Shown here in pieces: positions 8,961 to 20,906 of a stretch of DNA of 25,916 nucleotides. This stretch comes from an uncultured Clostridium sp. (GTDB taxonomy: Bacteria > Bacillota > Clostridia > TANB77 > CAG-508): NCBI GenBank assembly GCA_900556345.1, contig USOM01000001.1, forward strand, positions 1 to 25,916, read 5' to 3'. A program made the translations under genes and the position numbers. The notes beneath the pieces are model-generated. The model saw nothing but the letters and a program-made list of their open reading frames with translations. It ran no database searches and was not told the origin of the DNA. Position 1 is the first letter of the stretch, and the number at the start of each line of letters is the position of its first letter.

Positions 8961-9566
8961 TTAATTATAATCTGAAATATCTATATTGCCATTTGAATTT
9001 ATTATAACCCTCAATCTATTTTCATCAGGATTATTAAGTTTAAATATTATTCCTATCCTTCCTGTCGTTTCTTGATATTCATATTTTTGTACCTCTGCAA
9101 TAGTAGCATCAAAAAAGCCATATTTATAAATGTATTGTTTTATTGCTTCTGTTAATTTTTCTTCACTTTTTATGTACTGTGCCATTTCACTTGTGATTCC
9201 CTGTAGTTCAAAAGAAAATGTTTTCACATTACTATTTATGTTTAATTCATTATTAACATTATTTTCCGTTTCATTTGTGTTGCTAATAGAATTTGTATTT
9301 CCAATACTATTTAGCACATTTGAACTATTTGTATTTTCCACACTATTAACTGTATTTGTTGTATTATTTGTATTTTCAGAACTTATATTTGTATTATTAA
9401 TCATATTATTAGATACATTGCCTATAGAATTATTAATATTATTAAAAATCTCATTATCTTCCTTGCCATCACCTAGCATTGTCATACTAGCAATAACAGT
9501 CAATATAATAACCAAACAAATTATCAATATAAAAATTAAAATTCCAATTATCTTCGTTTTTTTCAT
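8961..9566 (-). CDS. single-TM protein with Asn/Ser/Thr-rich linker and small C-terminal domain
   Basis: 201-aa ORF with SD GAGGAG, N-terminal hydrophobic helix and low-complexity linker. Confidence 0.7.
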   Translation of the reverse strand: MKKTKIIGILIFILIICLVIILTVIASMTMLGDGKEDNEIFNNINNSIGNVSNNMINNTNISSENTNNTTNTVNSVENTNSSNVLNSIGNTNSISNTNETENNVNNELNINSNVKTFSFELQGITSEMAQYIKSEEKLTEAIKQYIYKYGFFDATIAEVQKYEYQETTGRIGIIFKLNNPDENRLRVIINSNGNIDISDYN

Positions 9567-9581
9567 AAATCATTCTCCTCT

Positions 9582-10880
9582 TTAATTTTTCAGTCTACCA
9601 AAAGCATAAAAATGCTCTCCATTCCACCAACCGTTATTATATTTACTAATTTTAACTCCACCAGATTTATTTCCACCTGTATCTGTAATCCATTCTGCTG
9701 TTTCTCCATCAACAGTGAACTTGCCTAAATAAATTCCAACATGAGATATTCCTGTTGTATATGTGTTTTGTAAGAAAATCAAATCGCCTGGTTTTCTATC
9801 ATTTACATCTACTTTATCACAGAATGTATAAAGACCTGCTGCTGTCGAATCTGGCAATTTCTTCACTCCAGCATGTGCTAAACAATGTATCGTCCAAGAT
9901 GAACAATCATAATAATCCATACACTTATCATAATTTAAATTGCTATGATCTTGAATGTATTTCTTTCCTTTATTCTTAACAAATTCCTCATATATAGCTT
10001 TAACCTGTGAGTCAGTTATTCCTGATGCATTTGAATTTGAACTTGAATTTGAACCTGAACCGGCACTTAAATTTTTTATATCATATAATACTGTTGTATC
10101 ATTTCTTCCACTTACACTATTTTCAAAAGATGTAGCAGATGAATCCCATAGATTTCTAAAGAGCATATTTAATGCCCCTAAAAATGTTTCTGACTCATCA
10201 TCGCCATCAATATTTTCACTTCCTCCACCTGTCCCAAAATTATATGTATTATTTAACCCTACTGGCATTCCACCATTAAGACAAGAACCCCCATTTTGTA
10301 TCCATTCTACAGGATTTAATGAATTTAAAAAATCTTGTGATGGTATTTTATTATAATCTTTTAATAATATTTCCAATACGCAACAAGTTCCATTATCATA
10401 TTTATGCCCAATAGGTTGTCCTTTGTACATATACCATCCTATAACTCCACCTCCGCTGTCATTACCCTTTGCATCTCCCATAACACAAGGTATTGTTTTT
10501 CCATCTTTTGTATGTATGTCCAAATAATCTCCTGCATTACCAAATAGTGGTGTAACTGCTACTAAATATCTATTTACCCCATCAGGAGTCTTTATATATG
10601 CCCAGTTATTTTCATCAGTTAATTTTCCTCCTGCTTCCCATAATTTATTTACTTTTTCTTGTCCTGTTCCTGGATACCAAGATATGTCTTCTTGCTCATA
10701 TGTAGCACAACCATATTGTTTAACTTCACTTTCATCAGGTAATATAACTTTAGTTCCAGCACTAATAGGGGTTACTCCATCTTCTGCATTAACTTTAATA
10801 TAATAACCATTAAAAAAAGAGAACAAAATAACAAAAATAAGTACCATTAATAAAACTTTTTTTAAAATTCTTTTTCTCAT
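9582..10880 (-). CDS. secreted NlpC/P60 (C40) peptidoglycan endopeptidase with an additional N-terminal domain (VirB1-like role)
   Basis: Signal peptide ending VNA, and C-terminal YDCSSW, PGDLIF and SHVGIY motifs. Confidence 0.85.
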   Translation of the reverse strand: MRKRILKKVLLMVLIFVILFSFFNGYYIKVNAEDGVTPISAGTKVILPDESEVKQYGCATYEQEDISWYPGTGQEKVNKLWEAGGKLTDENNWAYIKTPDGVNRYLVAVTPLFGNAGDYLDIHTKDGKTIPCVMGDAKGNDSGGGVIGWYMYKGQPIGHKYDNGTCCVLEILLKDYNKIPSQDFLNSLNPVEWIQNGGSCLNGGMPVGLNNTYNFGTGGGSENIDGDDESETFLGALNMLFRNLWDSSATSFENSVSGRNDTTVLYDIKNLSAGSGSNSSSNSNASGITDSQVKAIYEEFVKNKGKKYIQDHSNLNYDKCMDYYDCSSWTIHCLAHAGVKKLPDSTAAGLYTFCDKVDVNDRKPGDLIFLQNTYTTGISHVGIYLGKFTVDGETAEWITDTGGNKSGGVKISKYNNGWWNGEHFYAFGRLKN

Positions 10881-10920
10881 ATATTGCTCCCTCCTTTATT
10901 TTAATTTTCTGCTTCATTTT

Positions 10921-12315
10921 TTAGTTATCACTATTTACTATACTAATTGTAAAATCGGCATCATCTTTTAAAGTTACTGCCATAGTAAATTTAGAATATG
11001 TAAATTCTCCACCTGTTGCATCTCTTATTGTAACCGTAAATTGGTAAACATTATCTGAAATTATCAAATAATTATCATCTATCTCATATGAATTTTGTTC
11101 ATATAAAGCTTTTGATAAATAATTTTTAAACTCGTTAACATTTTTATAATAATTATTTTTTTGTACTGGATTCAATTTTGAATATACAAAATCATAATCT
11201 TTATAATTTAATGCTTGTACTACCCTGTCAACACAATATTTTGCCTGTGCTGCTGGTAAAAAAGCATTATAAGTATCTTTATTTTGTACTACACTATAAT
11301 TATCTAATGAAACTGTATAATCCATCATATTTTTTGCATTAAAAACATAATTTCTTTGGCTATTACAAATCGCCCTATATTCAACATATTCATTATAATT
11401 CACAACCTTATATTCAGATATCATATCTAAATATAAATCTGTCCTATTATCATTTATATATTTCTTTAAATCTTCTAAGTTAGAATATTTAGCATTTTTG
11501 TAATCAATTTCTAGTATTGAATATAAATGTTCTCTATCAACTAATAAATCAAATTTATATCTTTCAAACAAGCCCTTCATACATAATTCTGTATCTTCAT
11601 CAATATCATCATCCTCTTCTGAATATTTATTTTCTGCATTTTTTTCAATTATTTTACTACTATTTACCGGAACTGTATCTCCTTCTTTAAAATTCAAATA
11701 ATTTTTTATTTTTAAATATTCATATGGATATATAGAAAAAGTATTAGAACTTGTATCTTTTTCAACCCATACAATTGAATCTTTTGCATCTTCTTCGCTT
11801 TTTCCATATCTTAGCTTTACAACATATAAACTTCTATTCTTATTTAAAATTTGCTCATATATTTTATCAATTCTAAATATTGGTGCATCAAAATCATTAA
11901 ACTTTCTATAATTATCAACTGTCACTCCTAATTCATTTATTACATCTTTATCCATTAACATTGTTGGATCATCTAAATCATTTGAAGAATAATATAATGA
12001 AAGTCTATCTTTTAGCCAAAAATATGATTCCAAATCAGCAACTTCCTCTAAATACCCATCACTATTATTATTATTTGTACCATCAGAAACATTTGTATTC
12101 TGAATATTATTTATTTCATTGTTTGTATCTGCTGACGTATTATTATTTGTATTGTTTACAGCATTATTATTTGTAGGAGAAGTTCCACTTTTTCTATGGG
12201 TAATTAATATTAAAACAATAACCAAGATAATTATAATAATAATAAAAGCTAATACCTTTATTAATCTTTTTATATCATCAGATTTTCTTTTATCCATCTT
12301 CATTATTCCCTTCAA
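10921..12315 (-). CDS. single-TM protein with repeated alpha/beta domains, possible VirB8/TcpC-like
   Basis: N-terminal TM, Asn-rich linker, then recurring helix-plus-strand units (e.g. ALNYKDYDFVYSKL...YQFTVTI...FTMAVTL). The NTF2-like call is inference. Confidence 0.5.
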   Translation of the reverse strand: MKGIMKMDKRKSDDIKRLIKVLAFIIIIIILVIVLILITHRKSGTSPTNNNAVNNTNNNTSADTNNEINNIQNTNVSDGTNNNNSDGYLEEVADLESYFWLKDRLSLYYSSNDLDDPTMLMDKDVINELGVTVDNYRKFNDFDAPIFRIDKIYEQILNKNRSLYVVKLRYGKSEEDAKDSIVWVEKDTSSNTFSIYPYEYLKIKNYLNFKEGDTVPVNSSKIIEKNAENKYSEEDDDIDEDTELCMKGLFERYKFDLLVDREHLYSILEIDYKNAKYSNLEDLKKYINDNRTDLYLDMISEYKVVNYNEYVEYRAICNSQRNYVFNAKNMMDYTVSLDNYSVVQNKDTYNAFLPAAQAKYCVDRVVQALNYKDYDFVYSKLNPVQKNNYYKNVNEFKNYLSKALYEQNSYEIDDNYLIISDNVYQFTVTIRDATGGEFTYSKFTMAVTLKDDADFTISIVNSDN

Positions 12316-12321
12316 TATATT

Positions 12322-13113
12322 TTAATTTCCAAACATTTGAATTCTTTCTGCTCTAGATTTTCCATCACACACAAAACTAAAATGCATTAAGTCCTTTGTA
12401 CTTCCTGTCCAATCTCCTCCCCAATATAATGTATATTTATGAGCTATTTTTACAACATTAGAATCCGTATAAATTATTTGGTGCTTTAAATGACTTTCAG
12501 ACATTGCCTCCCACTGTGATTTCGAATATGGCTGTTGTTCTCCATATGGATTTCCATCTTCATACCAGTTTATATCCACTGCTGCACCATAAGTGTGGGC
12601 TGATTTAAATCCAATTTGTCCATATCCTGTTCCATCAATTCTGAAACATCCAACTGAGTTAATTACAAAATCAGGAGCCTCATTATATAAGTCATTAAAA
12701 AACGCTGTCCAAAGCTTAGCAAGCAAACTATTTACTTCAAGTGTAACTTCTTTTTTCACTATATTCATATTTGAACTATCACTAGGATTTTCCCACGCTC
12801 TTGTAGGAACTGTGATATTTACAATTTGTTTTCTAACATTAGCTTCAATTTGATCTGCGTTTGCAGGATTTTTATCAGCTGGTCTATCTGTTAAAAGCCC
12901 ACCTGTTAAGCCTTTCCAAACCTCTGTATCTGACATTGCCATAACTTCTCTTACATCCGCATCTGTTACGACTCCATTAACAGAACTATTAGAATTACTT
13001 CCCCCTAAATCAATTATTCCAACACCATCTAGTACAAACATAATTCCTATAATAATCATAATAGAAAGCAAAATTGTTATAAATATTGTTACTATTCTTA
13101 TCTTCTTAAACAA
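12322..13113 (-). CDS. membrane-anchored M15-family zinc peptidase (D,D-carboxypeptidase / L-Ala-D-Glu endopeptidase-like)
   Basis: SAHTYGAAVDIN (SxHxxGxAxD), WGGDW and DLMHF motifs; N-terminal TM; TTG start with SD AAGGAGG. Confidence 0.85.
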   Translation of the reverse strand: MFKKIRIVTIFITILLSIMIIIGIMFVLDGVGIIDLGGSNSNSSVNGVVTDADVREVMAMSDTEVWKGLTGGLLTDRPADKNPANADQIEANVRKQIVNITVPTRAWENPSDSSNMNIVKKEVTLEVNSLLAKLWTAFFNDLYNEAPDFVINSVGCFRIDGTGYGQIGFKSAHTYGAAVDINWYEDGNPYGEQQPYSKSQWEAMSESHLKHQIIYTDSNVVKIAHKYTLYWGGDWTGSTKDLMHFSFVCDGKSRAERIQMFGN

Positions 13114-13128
13114 TTGTAACCTCCTTTA

Positions 13129-15144
13129 TTAAGCCATTCCTCCACCTTGAAGCTTATCTTGAACCTGTCTAGGTACAAAAACTGTTGATCTATTTACTTG
13201 TGGCTGAGGACTATTAGCCTCTAAATTCTTTCCATATTCATTTTTACTACTTGTTGTTCTTTGTGAATATAACTTACCAACTGCTGTTTCAATATCTTGT
13301 TTCATTTCGTCATGCTGTCTAGCCTTATATATTTCTTCGAATCTTGATTTGTTATATTCTGGATGCTTTTTTGCATAACTTGCATTTGCTTTAAAGTTTT
13401 GTTTTATTATTTCTTCTACAACAGCTCTATCTCTTTTATCTTTAATATTTTCTAATTGTTCTTGTAATGCCGCTGCACCTTCTTTTCCTAATACACTTCC
13501 TGCATCTTCAGGGTGATCAACTATTCTTTCTTTTAATAATTGCTCTATGACTTCTGAATTTTCGCTTTCTTTATCACCTAACAATTTAGCTTTTTCTTTC
13601 TCATATTCTTCCTCTTTTTGTTCTAAAGGAATATCATTTCTCTTGTTAATATTTTCTCTTGCTTGTTCTTCTATTTCTTTTACTTCATCTGGGCTTAATT
13701 CACGTTCAATTTCATCTTTGAAATTCTCTTCAATGAAATTATGGAAATGTGTTGAAGCTGAACCACTTGTATCTTTTAGTAAGTTATTTAATGCACTCAT
13801 ACTTTCTTTATTCATATCAACTCTTTCATTTGCCATTTGGTTTGCAATTAACTGTTGATTTCTCTTTCTTTCTTCACTTAATCTATTAGCCTCACTTGCA
13901 ACTTTTCTCATATCGTTTGTATTCATTTCAGGAACAGTTTGAACAAGTTGTCTAAATAATTCCGTTTTATCATATCCTTCACTTGAACCTTCATTTCCTG
14001 AACCAATTCTTCTGGTTTCGCTTACTCTTGTTAATGAATATAATTTAGCTTTTTGTTCTGTACTTAATCCATTATTTCTTGAATCTCTTGCAATTCCACC
14101 CATTCCAATCATTGTTACATAATCATTTGAACTTTTGTTAACCATATAATGTTGTCTTTGTAAGTTATATCCATTTTGCTTAGATAAATTAACATCATTA
14201 AGATTAACATTAATATTGTTTCCTGCGGCAAGTGCTGGTACTACTCTATTATTTCCTAATCTAAGTATTCTCTTACCATTACCTGTTGTATCTTCAGGTA
14301 ATTGATTAACCAAATTAACTTTTCCCTTACCCATATAACCATTATTAGTTAATTCTTGTATCTTAAGTCTCTTAGCTTTAGGTGCATATAAATTTCTAAC
14401 AAATAATGACTTTGGTTTAGAAGGTCCTTTAATTCTTAAATCTCTTGTTGTAATATTTCCTATTCTTGATTTTATACCATTTACATCACCATAAATATAG
14501 TTGTTTGTTGCTCCTGTAGGCTTGATGTTAACTCTTCCTTGCGATATAGCATTTCTAACACCTTGCCCTTGAGTCATTCTTAATCTTCCTCTATTTGTAG
14601 CATTTAAAATATTATTTGCATTTTGAGTTAATCTACGTGCTCCTTTTGATTTCACATTGTAGATCATTCCTCCACCTTGAAAAACAGGTCCCATAATTTG
14701 ACGTCTTGCTGCAAATTTATTCATTACATTTCCATTTTGGAATACTCCACCAATTCCATTTACAAGTCCAACTACAGCAGTAACGCCCATTCCACCGCCC
14801 ATTGCTGGCATACCCATACCACCGGCATTTGATTGCGTAGCAGGTACTCCGCCATTTATATTACCATTATCTACACCTCTCATCATAGGTATTCTATTCT
14901 GACTAAATCCTACCTCAGTTCCTACATTTGCAGAAGCAGGAGTACCTGAAACTTCTGGATTAGATAAAGGAGCCTTATCCAATATTTTTGCCTTAGGTCT
15001 TTCACCTTCTCCTCCACCAATTAGTTTAGAAGATGAATAACCATGTAAAGACATAGATATTGCTTTTTTTAATTGGGATTTCATAATCCAATAACCTCCT
15101 ACTACAGAAGCTATCGATAAAAATATCGTTAACAATAAATTCAT
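13129..15144 (-). CDS. 671-aa hypothetical protein: N-terminal TM, Gly/Asn/Arg-rich region, acidic coiled-coil C-terminus
   Basis: Long ORF with SD AAGGAGG; composition read from the translation. Confidence 0.7.
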   Translation of the reverse strand: MNLLLTIFLSIASVVGGYWIMKSQLKKAISMSLHGYSSSKLIGGGEGERPKAKILDKAPLSNPEVSGTPASANVGTEVGFSQNRIPMMRGVDNGNINGGVPATQSNAGGMGMPAMGGGMGVTAVVGLVNGIGGVFQNGNVMNKFAARRQIMGPVFQGGGMIYNVKSKGARRLTQNANNILNATNRGRLRMTQGQGVRNAISQGRVNIKPTGATNNYIYGDVNGIKSRIGNITTRDLRIKGPSKPKSLFVRNLYAPKAKRLKIQELTNNGYMGKGKVNLVNQLPEDTTGNGKRILRLGNNRVVPALAAGNNINVNLNDVNLSKQNGYNLQRQHYMVNKSSNDYVTMIGMGGIARDSRNNGLSTEQKAKLYSLTRVSETRRIGSGNEGSSEGYDKTELFRQLVQTVPEMNTNDMRKVASEANRLSEERKRNQQLIANQMANERVDMNKESMSALNNLLKDTSGSASTHFHNFIEENFKDEIERELSPDEVKEIEEQARENINKRNDIPLEQKEEEYEKEKAKLLGDKESENSEVIEQLLKERIVDHPEDAGSVLGKEGAAALQEQLENIKDKRDRAVVEEIIKQNFKANASYAKKHPEYNKSRFEEIYKARQHDEMKQDIETAVGKLYSQRTTSSKNEYGKNLEANSPQPQVNRSTVFVPRQVQDKLQGGGMA

Positions 15145-15162
15145 TTTTATTTTCCTCCTTTA

Positions 15163-16876
15163 TTAAATCGCATAATTTAAAATTAATGTATAAATCATTG
15201 ATAATAGTACTTGTATAAGAGATAAACTAATATACAAACCTGCCCATCTTCTAAAGCTCATCATTCCTTCTATATTTAAAATGTGCAATGCAGCTGCTAT
15301 TGGCCCTATCATTGATAAAATCCATAGAGCAAACATTCTAACTATCATAAATATTATTACTGCTAAATTAACCCAAGCAAGTACAATAAATCCTAAAGTA
15401 TACAGTCCTTTTTCTACCCACTCATCAACATCTTCGATTCCCGCCATATATCTTGCATATCCAGCTGCAGTTGTACTAAAACTGTATCCTGCTGTTTCTA
15501 CATTAACTCTAATTGGTAATTCAGCATTTTCTCTATTTTCTAAACTTTTAAAAAATGTATCACTTCCAAAAATACATAAGCCCATTATTACTACAGAACC
15601 AATTAACATAGCTATTGATGTTGTAAATTGTTCCAATCTTGTTTTTGCTTCTGCCTCTCCTTCCGGATTATCAAAAGAATGTCCTACAATTTGTATTCCA
15701 TAAATAATTAACATTACTAGCAAAATCGCACTTGCTATATAAATAGATATATGTATTAAACCTGCCGCAAAGTTTCTTAAAATCATCCACGGTGAACCTT
15801 CATCATGATCTTTATTTCCTGTAAGAAAATTTACATCTAAAAAGTCTATATGTCCTACAGCTACATTATACAAATCTCCTGTCATTACTGGTATTTTTGT
15901 ATCTTCTGCAAATCTTTTATCATCATCGTCTTCTTTTTCAATATCTATTACTTTTTGCCAATCTTCACCTTTTCCTTTATCGTAATTTCCTACTTGAGTA
16001 TATTTATTTAAATCTCCTTCGCCATCTTTTTCAAGTTCATCTTTTTCATACATATATTGCCAGTTCAAAAAAGTATGATCAGTTGCTGTTTGTACCATAT
16101 TTGCAATAAACTGTGGTAAATCTCCTAATATTGCTCTTACCAAATCTAGTCCTAGTGTTATTAATGTTCCAACTGGATTATGTTGAAAGTTTTCTTTTAT
16201 TTCATTTAACCCTTCAACAGCTCCCTTAATAGTATTTACAAAATTTGTTCCAGCTTCAATTCCATTATTTACCACCTCGGTCGCAGGAGATTTAATTAAA
16301 CCTCCTAAAAAGCTGTATTCTTTATCATCTATTTTTGCACTTTCACCTTTAGATATATCTTCTCCTGTATAAATATCTTTAAGTTGCGCTCTAAAATAGT
16401 AATTATTTCCCCAAGATTCTTCTTTAGCTGACATAACAATAACTGCACTCCAAGAATCTCCTTCATTATTCGAAGGTGCTCCATAAATATTTTTTAAATC
16501 TTCTTCACTAATTCCTGATATTGTTTCATAACTATCACTTCCTGTTCCGAACTCTTATTGTGTATTCATAAGCTGCATCATTCCAAGGAAGATATGAAAA
16601 AAACTTTCTTGATTTTTTTTCTATGGAAATAGTTGTTTTCATTTTCATTTCATTAGTTACAGTATCTCCTGTATACTGAAAATCATTTTTTAAGTAACTT
16701 AATATCTTATCATATTCTTGTTTTTTTAGATCATCCGTCCATCCGGTATATCCACCAGATGTCCAGTTAGTAATTTGTTTATTTATATCTTTACCTACTA
16801 CAGCAAAGGATTTTATATTAAACATCACTATTAATAAAACACTCAATATAAAAATTTTATATATTCTTTTACTCAC
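15163..16876 (-). CDS. VirB6-like membrane protein paralog A (~570 aa), +1 frameshift at CGG-A (16549-16546)
   Basis: ORF 16535..16876 (SD, signal peptide) reads ...ATA AGA GTT CGG AAC. The +1 frame GGA ACA GGA AGT... (GTGSDSYETISGISEEDLKNIYG...VIVM) is open into ORF 15163..16434. Confidence 0.7.
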
Positions 16877-16902
16877 AACTACCTCCTTTCCTAAATCAAT
16901 TC

Positions 16903-18574
16903 TTACACTATAATTGCTAATATTAATTTATAAATAAATGCTATAACTACTTGTATAAGAGACACTGTTACATACATTTCTGCCCAAGTTCCAAATCCCA
17001 TCGTATTTTCTCTTCTAAAAACATTCATCGCAGCTATAATTGGTCCAGCCATTGAAAGTATCCACAAAACAAATACTCTTGCCATCATTATAACTACGGC
17101 AATAAGATTTATAAGAGCTAATAATAAATATGTCATCGTACATACAACTTTTTGTAACCACTCATTAACATCATCTGTTAGTGACATATATCTTACATAT
17201 CCTGCTGCAGTTGTACTAAAGCTATATGTATTTTCAACATTAACTCTTATTGGTAATTCATAATTATCATCTTCTATACTACTATAAAATGCTTTCGTTC
17301 CAAAAATACATAATGCCATTATAACAACAGAACCTATTAACATTAAAAGTGATCTTTCAAATCTTTCTAATCCCTCTTTATATTCCGCCCTTGCTCTTGG
17401 ATTATCTAATGATGTCCTTACAATTTTTATTCCAAACCAAATTAATGTTATAATTAAAATTGCACTTGCTACATATATACAAATATGTATTATAGTTGCC
17501 GCAAAATCTCTTAATTTTATCCACGCTGATCCATTTTTGTGTTTAAGGGTTCCATCTGGTTTAGTTGCAGTACTTCCTGTAAGAAAATCTGCATCTAAAA
17601 AGTCTATATGTCCAACAGCAACATTATATAAATCTCCAACCATTAATGGTATTCTTGTTTTTTTAGTAAAATCTTTTGAACCATCATTATTTCCATCTTG
17701 TTCAACATCTATTCCAGTGACAACTTTTGCTCCTTTTTCATATTTTCCAACATTCGTATATAAATTTCTTTCCTTTGCTCCACTTTTGTCGCCACTTAAA
17801 TATGTATATGTATATAAGACTTTTGTTCCATCTTTTAATTGAATACTATTTGCAAGCCATTGAATTCCATCTCCTATCATTCCAAAAAAATCCATCAAAG
17901 TTGAAACTATTTTTCCCCACGGATTTTTCATAAAATCTGCAACCCAATCTTCAACTACTTTAGCCATAGTCTCAATTTTTTTTCTATCATCTGCAACAGT
18001 TGCATCTGCATCTTCATCACTAGTTACTTCTCCATCTATTTTATCTAAATCGTCTCCTGCAAATAATTTCTTTAAATAAATACTATATGCAAGTGTCGAA
18101 TGATCAGTTCCAAAATTTCCAGATGCTTCAACAATAATATTTGTTTTCCAAGTGTATCCTTTTTTCAAATCTGATTCAGTAACACCTTCATCTAATCCCC
18201 ACCATTTTTTTAACTCTTTAAGCGTATACCTTGTATGTGGTGCCTTAACCGTATATGTTATTGGTAATCCACTCTCTCCGGAATTGTATTTTATACTTAC
18301 CATCTTTGGCTTCTACTATTTTTAAATAGGTTTTAAATTTCATTTCCTCTTTTAATGAATCACCTTCGTAACCCAGTTTTTTAGATTTTATCTCTTTTAG
18401 TATTTTATCTGATGTATTACCTTCACCTTCCCATCCTATTACTAATACATGTTTAGGAAAGATTCCCAAATATTTATCTCCGTAATCATCTTTTATAAAA
18501 CCATAAGAACAATTTTCGAAAAGAAACAAACAAAATATTAGAATTATAAATATTTTGATAATTTTTTTATTCAT
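16903..18574 (-). CDS. VirB6-like membrane protein paralog B (~556 aa), +1 frameshift at CGG-A (18280-18277)
   Basis: ...ATA CAA TTC CGG AGA G; skipping one base gives KIQF-GESGLPITY, matching the unbroken EIQFGETGYPIKY of paralog C. Confidence 0.75.
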
Positions 18575-18598
18575 AATTTGTCTCCTTTCTTTCTTACT

Positions 18599-20885
18599 TT
18601 AAATTACATTTAATATTACTGTGTAAATTATTGTTATTGCTACTTGTATCATTGAAAAAATAGCATATAATCTAATCCACGTTCTAAAACTCATTGGTCC
18701 TTGTCTTCCAAATACATAGAACACTGCTATAATTGGACCTATTATTGATAATCCCCATAATATAAACATTCTTGCTATCATTAATAATATTGCTAAAAGA
18801 TTTACAATTGCTAAAATTATATATATAAATGTATATATAAATTTTTGCAATGGTTCTTCTAAATCTGTCGTTAATGACATATATCTTATATATCCTGTTG
18901 GTGTTGTACTAAAACTATATGTATCCTCTACATTTACCCTAATTGGTAGTTCGTAGGAATCTTCGCTTTTTATTGCATCACAAAATGCTTTCGAACCAAA
19001 AATACATACTGCCATAAATAAAATTGTTCCAATTAAAATTCCTAGTGCATTTCTTAACCTAGCTAATCCTGCTATTGCATCTGCTCTTCCTCTCGGATTA
19101 TCTAATGTATGTCTCACTATATTTATTCCATACCAAATTAATGACATAAGTAATATTGCACTTGCTATATATATACTTATTCTTATAATTGCTCCTGCAA
19201 AATCACTAAAGTTGTTCCATATAGAGCTTTGGGGATGTCTTAATCCTTTTCCGTCTGCTTTTTTAGATTTATTTCCAGATAAAAAATTAATATCTAGAAA
19301 ATCCACGTGATCTGAGGCTATCCCATATAAATCTCCAATAATTAACGGTATCTTCGTTGATATATCGAAATCATCTTCTCCATTGTCATTCTTATCTTTT
19401 TCTACCGTAATTGCTTTTACAACTGCTTTCCCTTTTTTATACTCACTTATCTTGGTATATTTATCTCTATTTCCAACACCATAACTATGATCATACGAAC
19501 TTAAAGTAGGTGTATTGGTTCCGCCCAGATTTTATTTGTTCTTCTAAAAATTTTAATATTCTCTTATCTGTTTCTGTAGTATAATGTAATCCATCTGCTG
19601 TCTTATAACCATTTGACTTTAACTCAGCATAAAGATCTATAAAAGTAACATCTGAACTTAATCCATTTTTCAATGCACTGTTAAAAGCTGTTATATCTGA
19701 GTCTGTTGCATATGGATCATTATCTACAGGACCTACAGAAGCAAAAAACACTTGCGCACCTTTTGATGTCCATTCTTTTGCCTTATTATTAATTGCCTTT
19801 ATATAATTATCTTTATTATATAAATCATTAACCCCCATAAGAATAACAAATGATGTTCCTGATTTTGCATAACCATCAACTGCCGGAAAAGCTGTACTCG
19901 TCATCCAGTCATATCCCATACTAACTTTACATTGGAATATATTTGATGAACTTGAATTCACTTCACTCAATCCAACCGTACGCGAATCACCTATAAAAAC
20001 AATTTGATTCGTTGATTTTGTACTGCTTTTTGTAGTTGTTCCATCCCCATATATACCTGTATTATCAACTCCATCTTTATTATCTGTAGCCAAATCCTTA
20101 TATGTATATAAAACAAGTGTATCTCTATATGTATCATCAGGAAGCGCTTGTACTAGGTTTGCAAGCCATTGTGCTCCATCTCCTAATACATGTCCTAGAG
20201 GATCCATAATAGTTTCCATTATTTTTCCTCCTGGATGCTCACAAAATTCTTCGACCCACTCTGACGTAAAATTCGTAATAGCTGACACAACATTTGCAAC
20301 TGTATTACTTTCTGTTTTTTCGCTTATCTGAACTTCATCAATTTTATTTAAGTCTGCTCCTGTATATAATGATTTTAACCATATATTATAAGCTCTTTCT
20401 CCTTTTTGCGCTCCAACTATAATATTTGCATTCCAAGTATATCCTACTGATAAATTGCTTTTTTTTACATTTTCATCTAAACCAAAAATTTCTTTTAATT
20501 CTTTTATTGTAAAACGTTGATTAGCTCCTCCTACTCCTAAACCATATTTTATCGGATACCCTGTTTCTCCAAACTGAATTTCATATGTGTTAAGTATACT
20601 ATGATATTTAATTATTTTTATATATGTATAAAATTTCATTTCCTCAGTTGGTTTACTTCCATTATATCCCAATTTATCAGTATTAAGTTGTTCAACAATT
20701 TCTTTGTCTGTTTTTGACATATATATTGCACTATCAACTACATACACAGGAGGATGCGTTATTTTTTCTGATGCCTTTTCTTTATAGAAATCATCTTTAA
20801 CAAATCCATATGAAAAATTGCTCACAAAAAGAGACAAGAATAAAATAAATATAATTGTCACTAATTTAAAAAACTTTTTTTCCAT
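18599..20885 (-). CDS. VirB6-like membrane protein paralog C (~761 aa) with inserted SGNH/GDSL hydrolase domain, +1 frameshift at CGG-A (19523-19520)
   Basis: SGNH motifs FIGDSRT, GVND and DGLHY. At ...TCT GGG CGG AAC the +1 frame (GTNTPTL...RDKYTKISEYKKG...TKIPLIIGDLYGIASDHVDFLD) is open into ORF 18599..19306 and aligns with paralogs A and B. Confidence 0.75.
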
Positions 20886-20906
20886 TTCTTGTCTCCTTTC
20901 TTAAAA

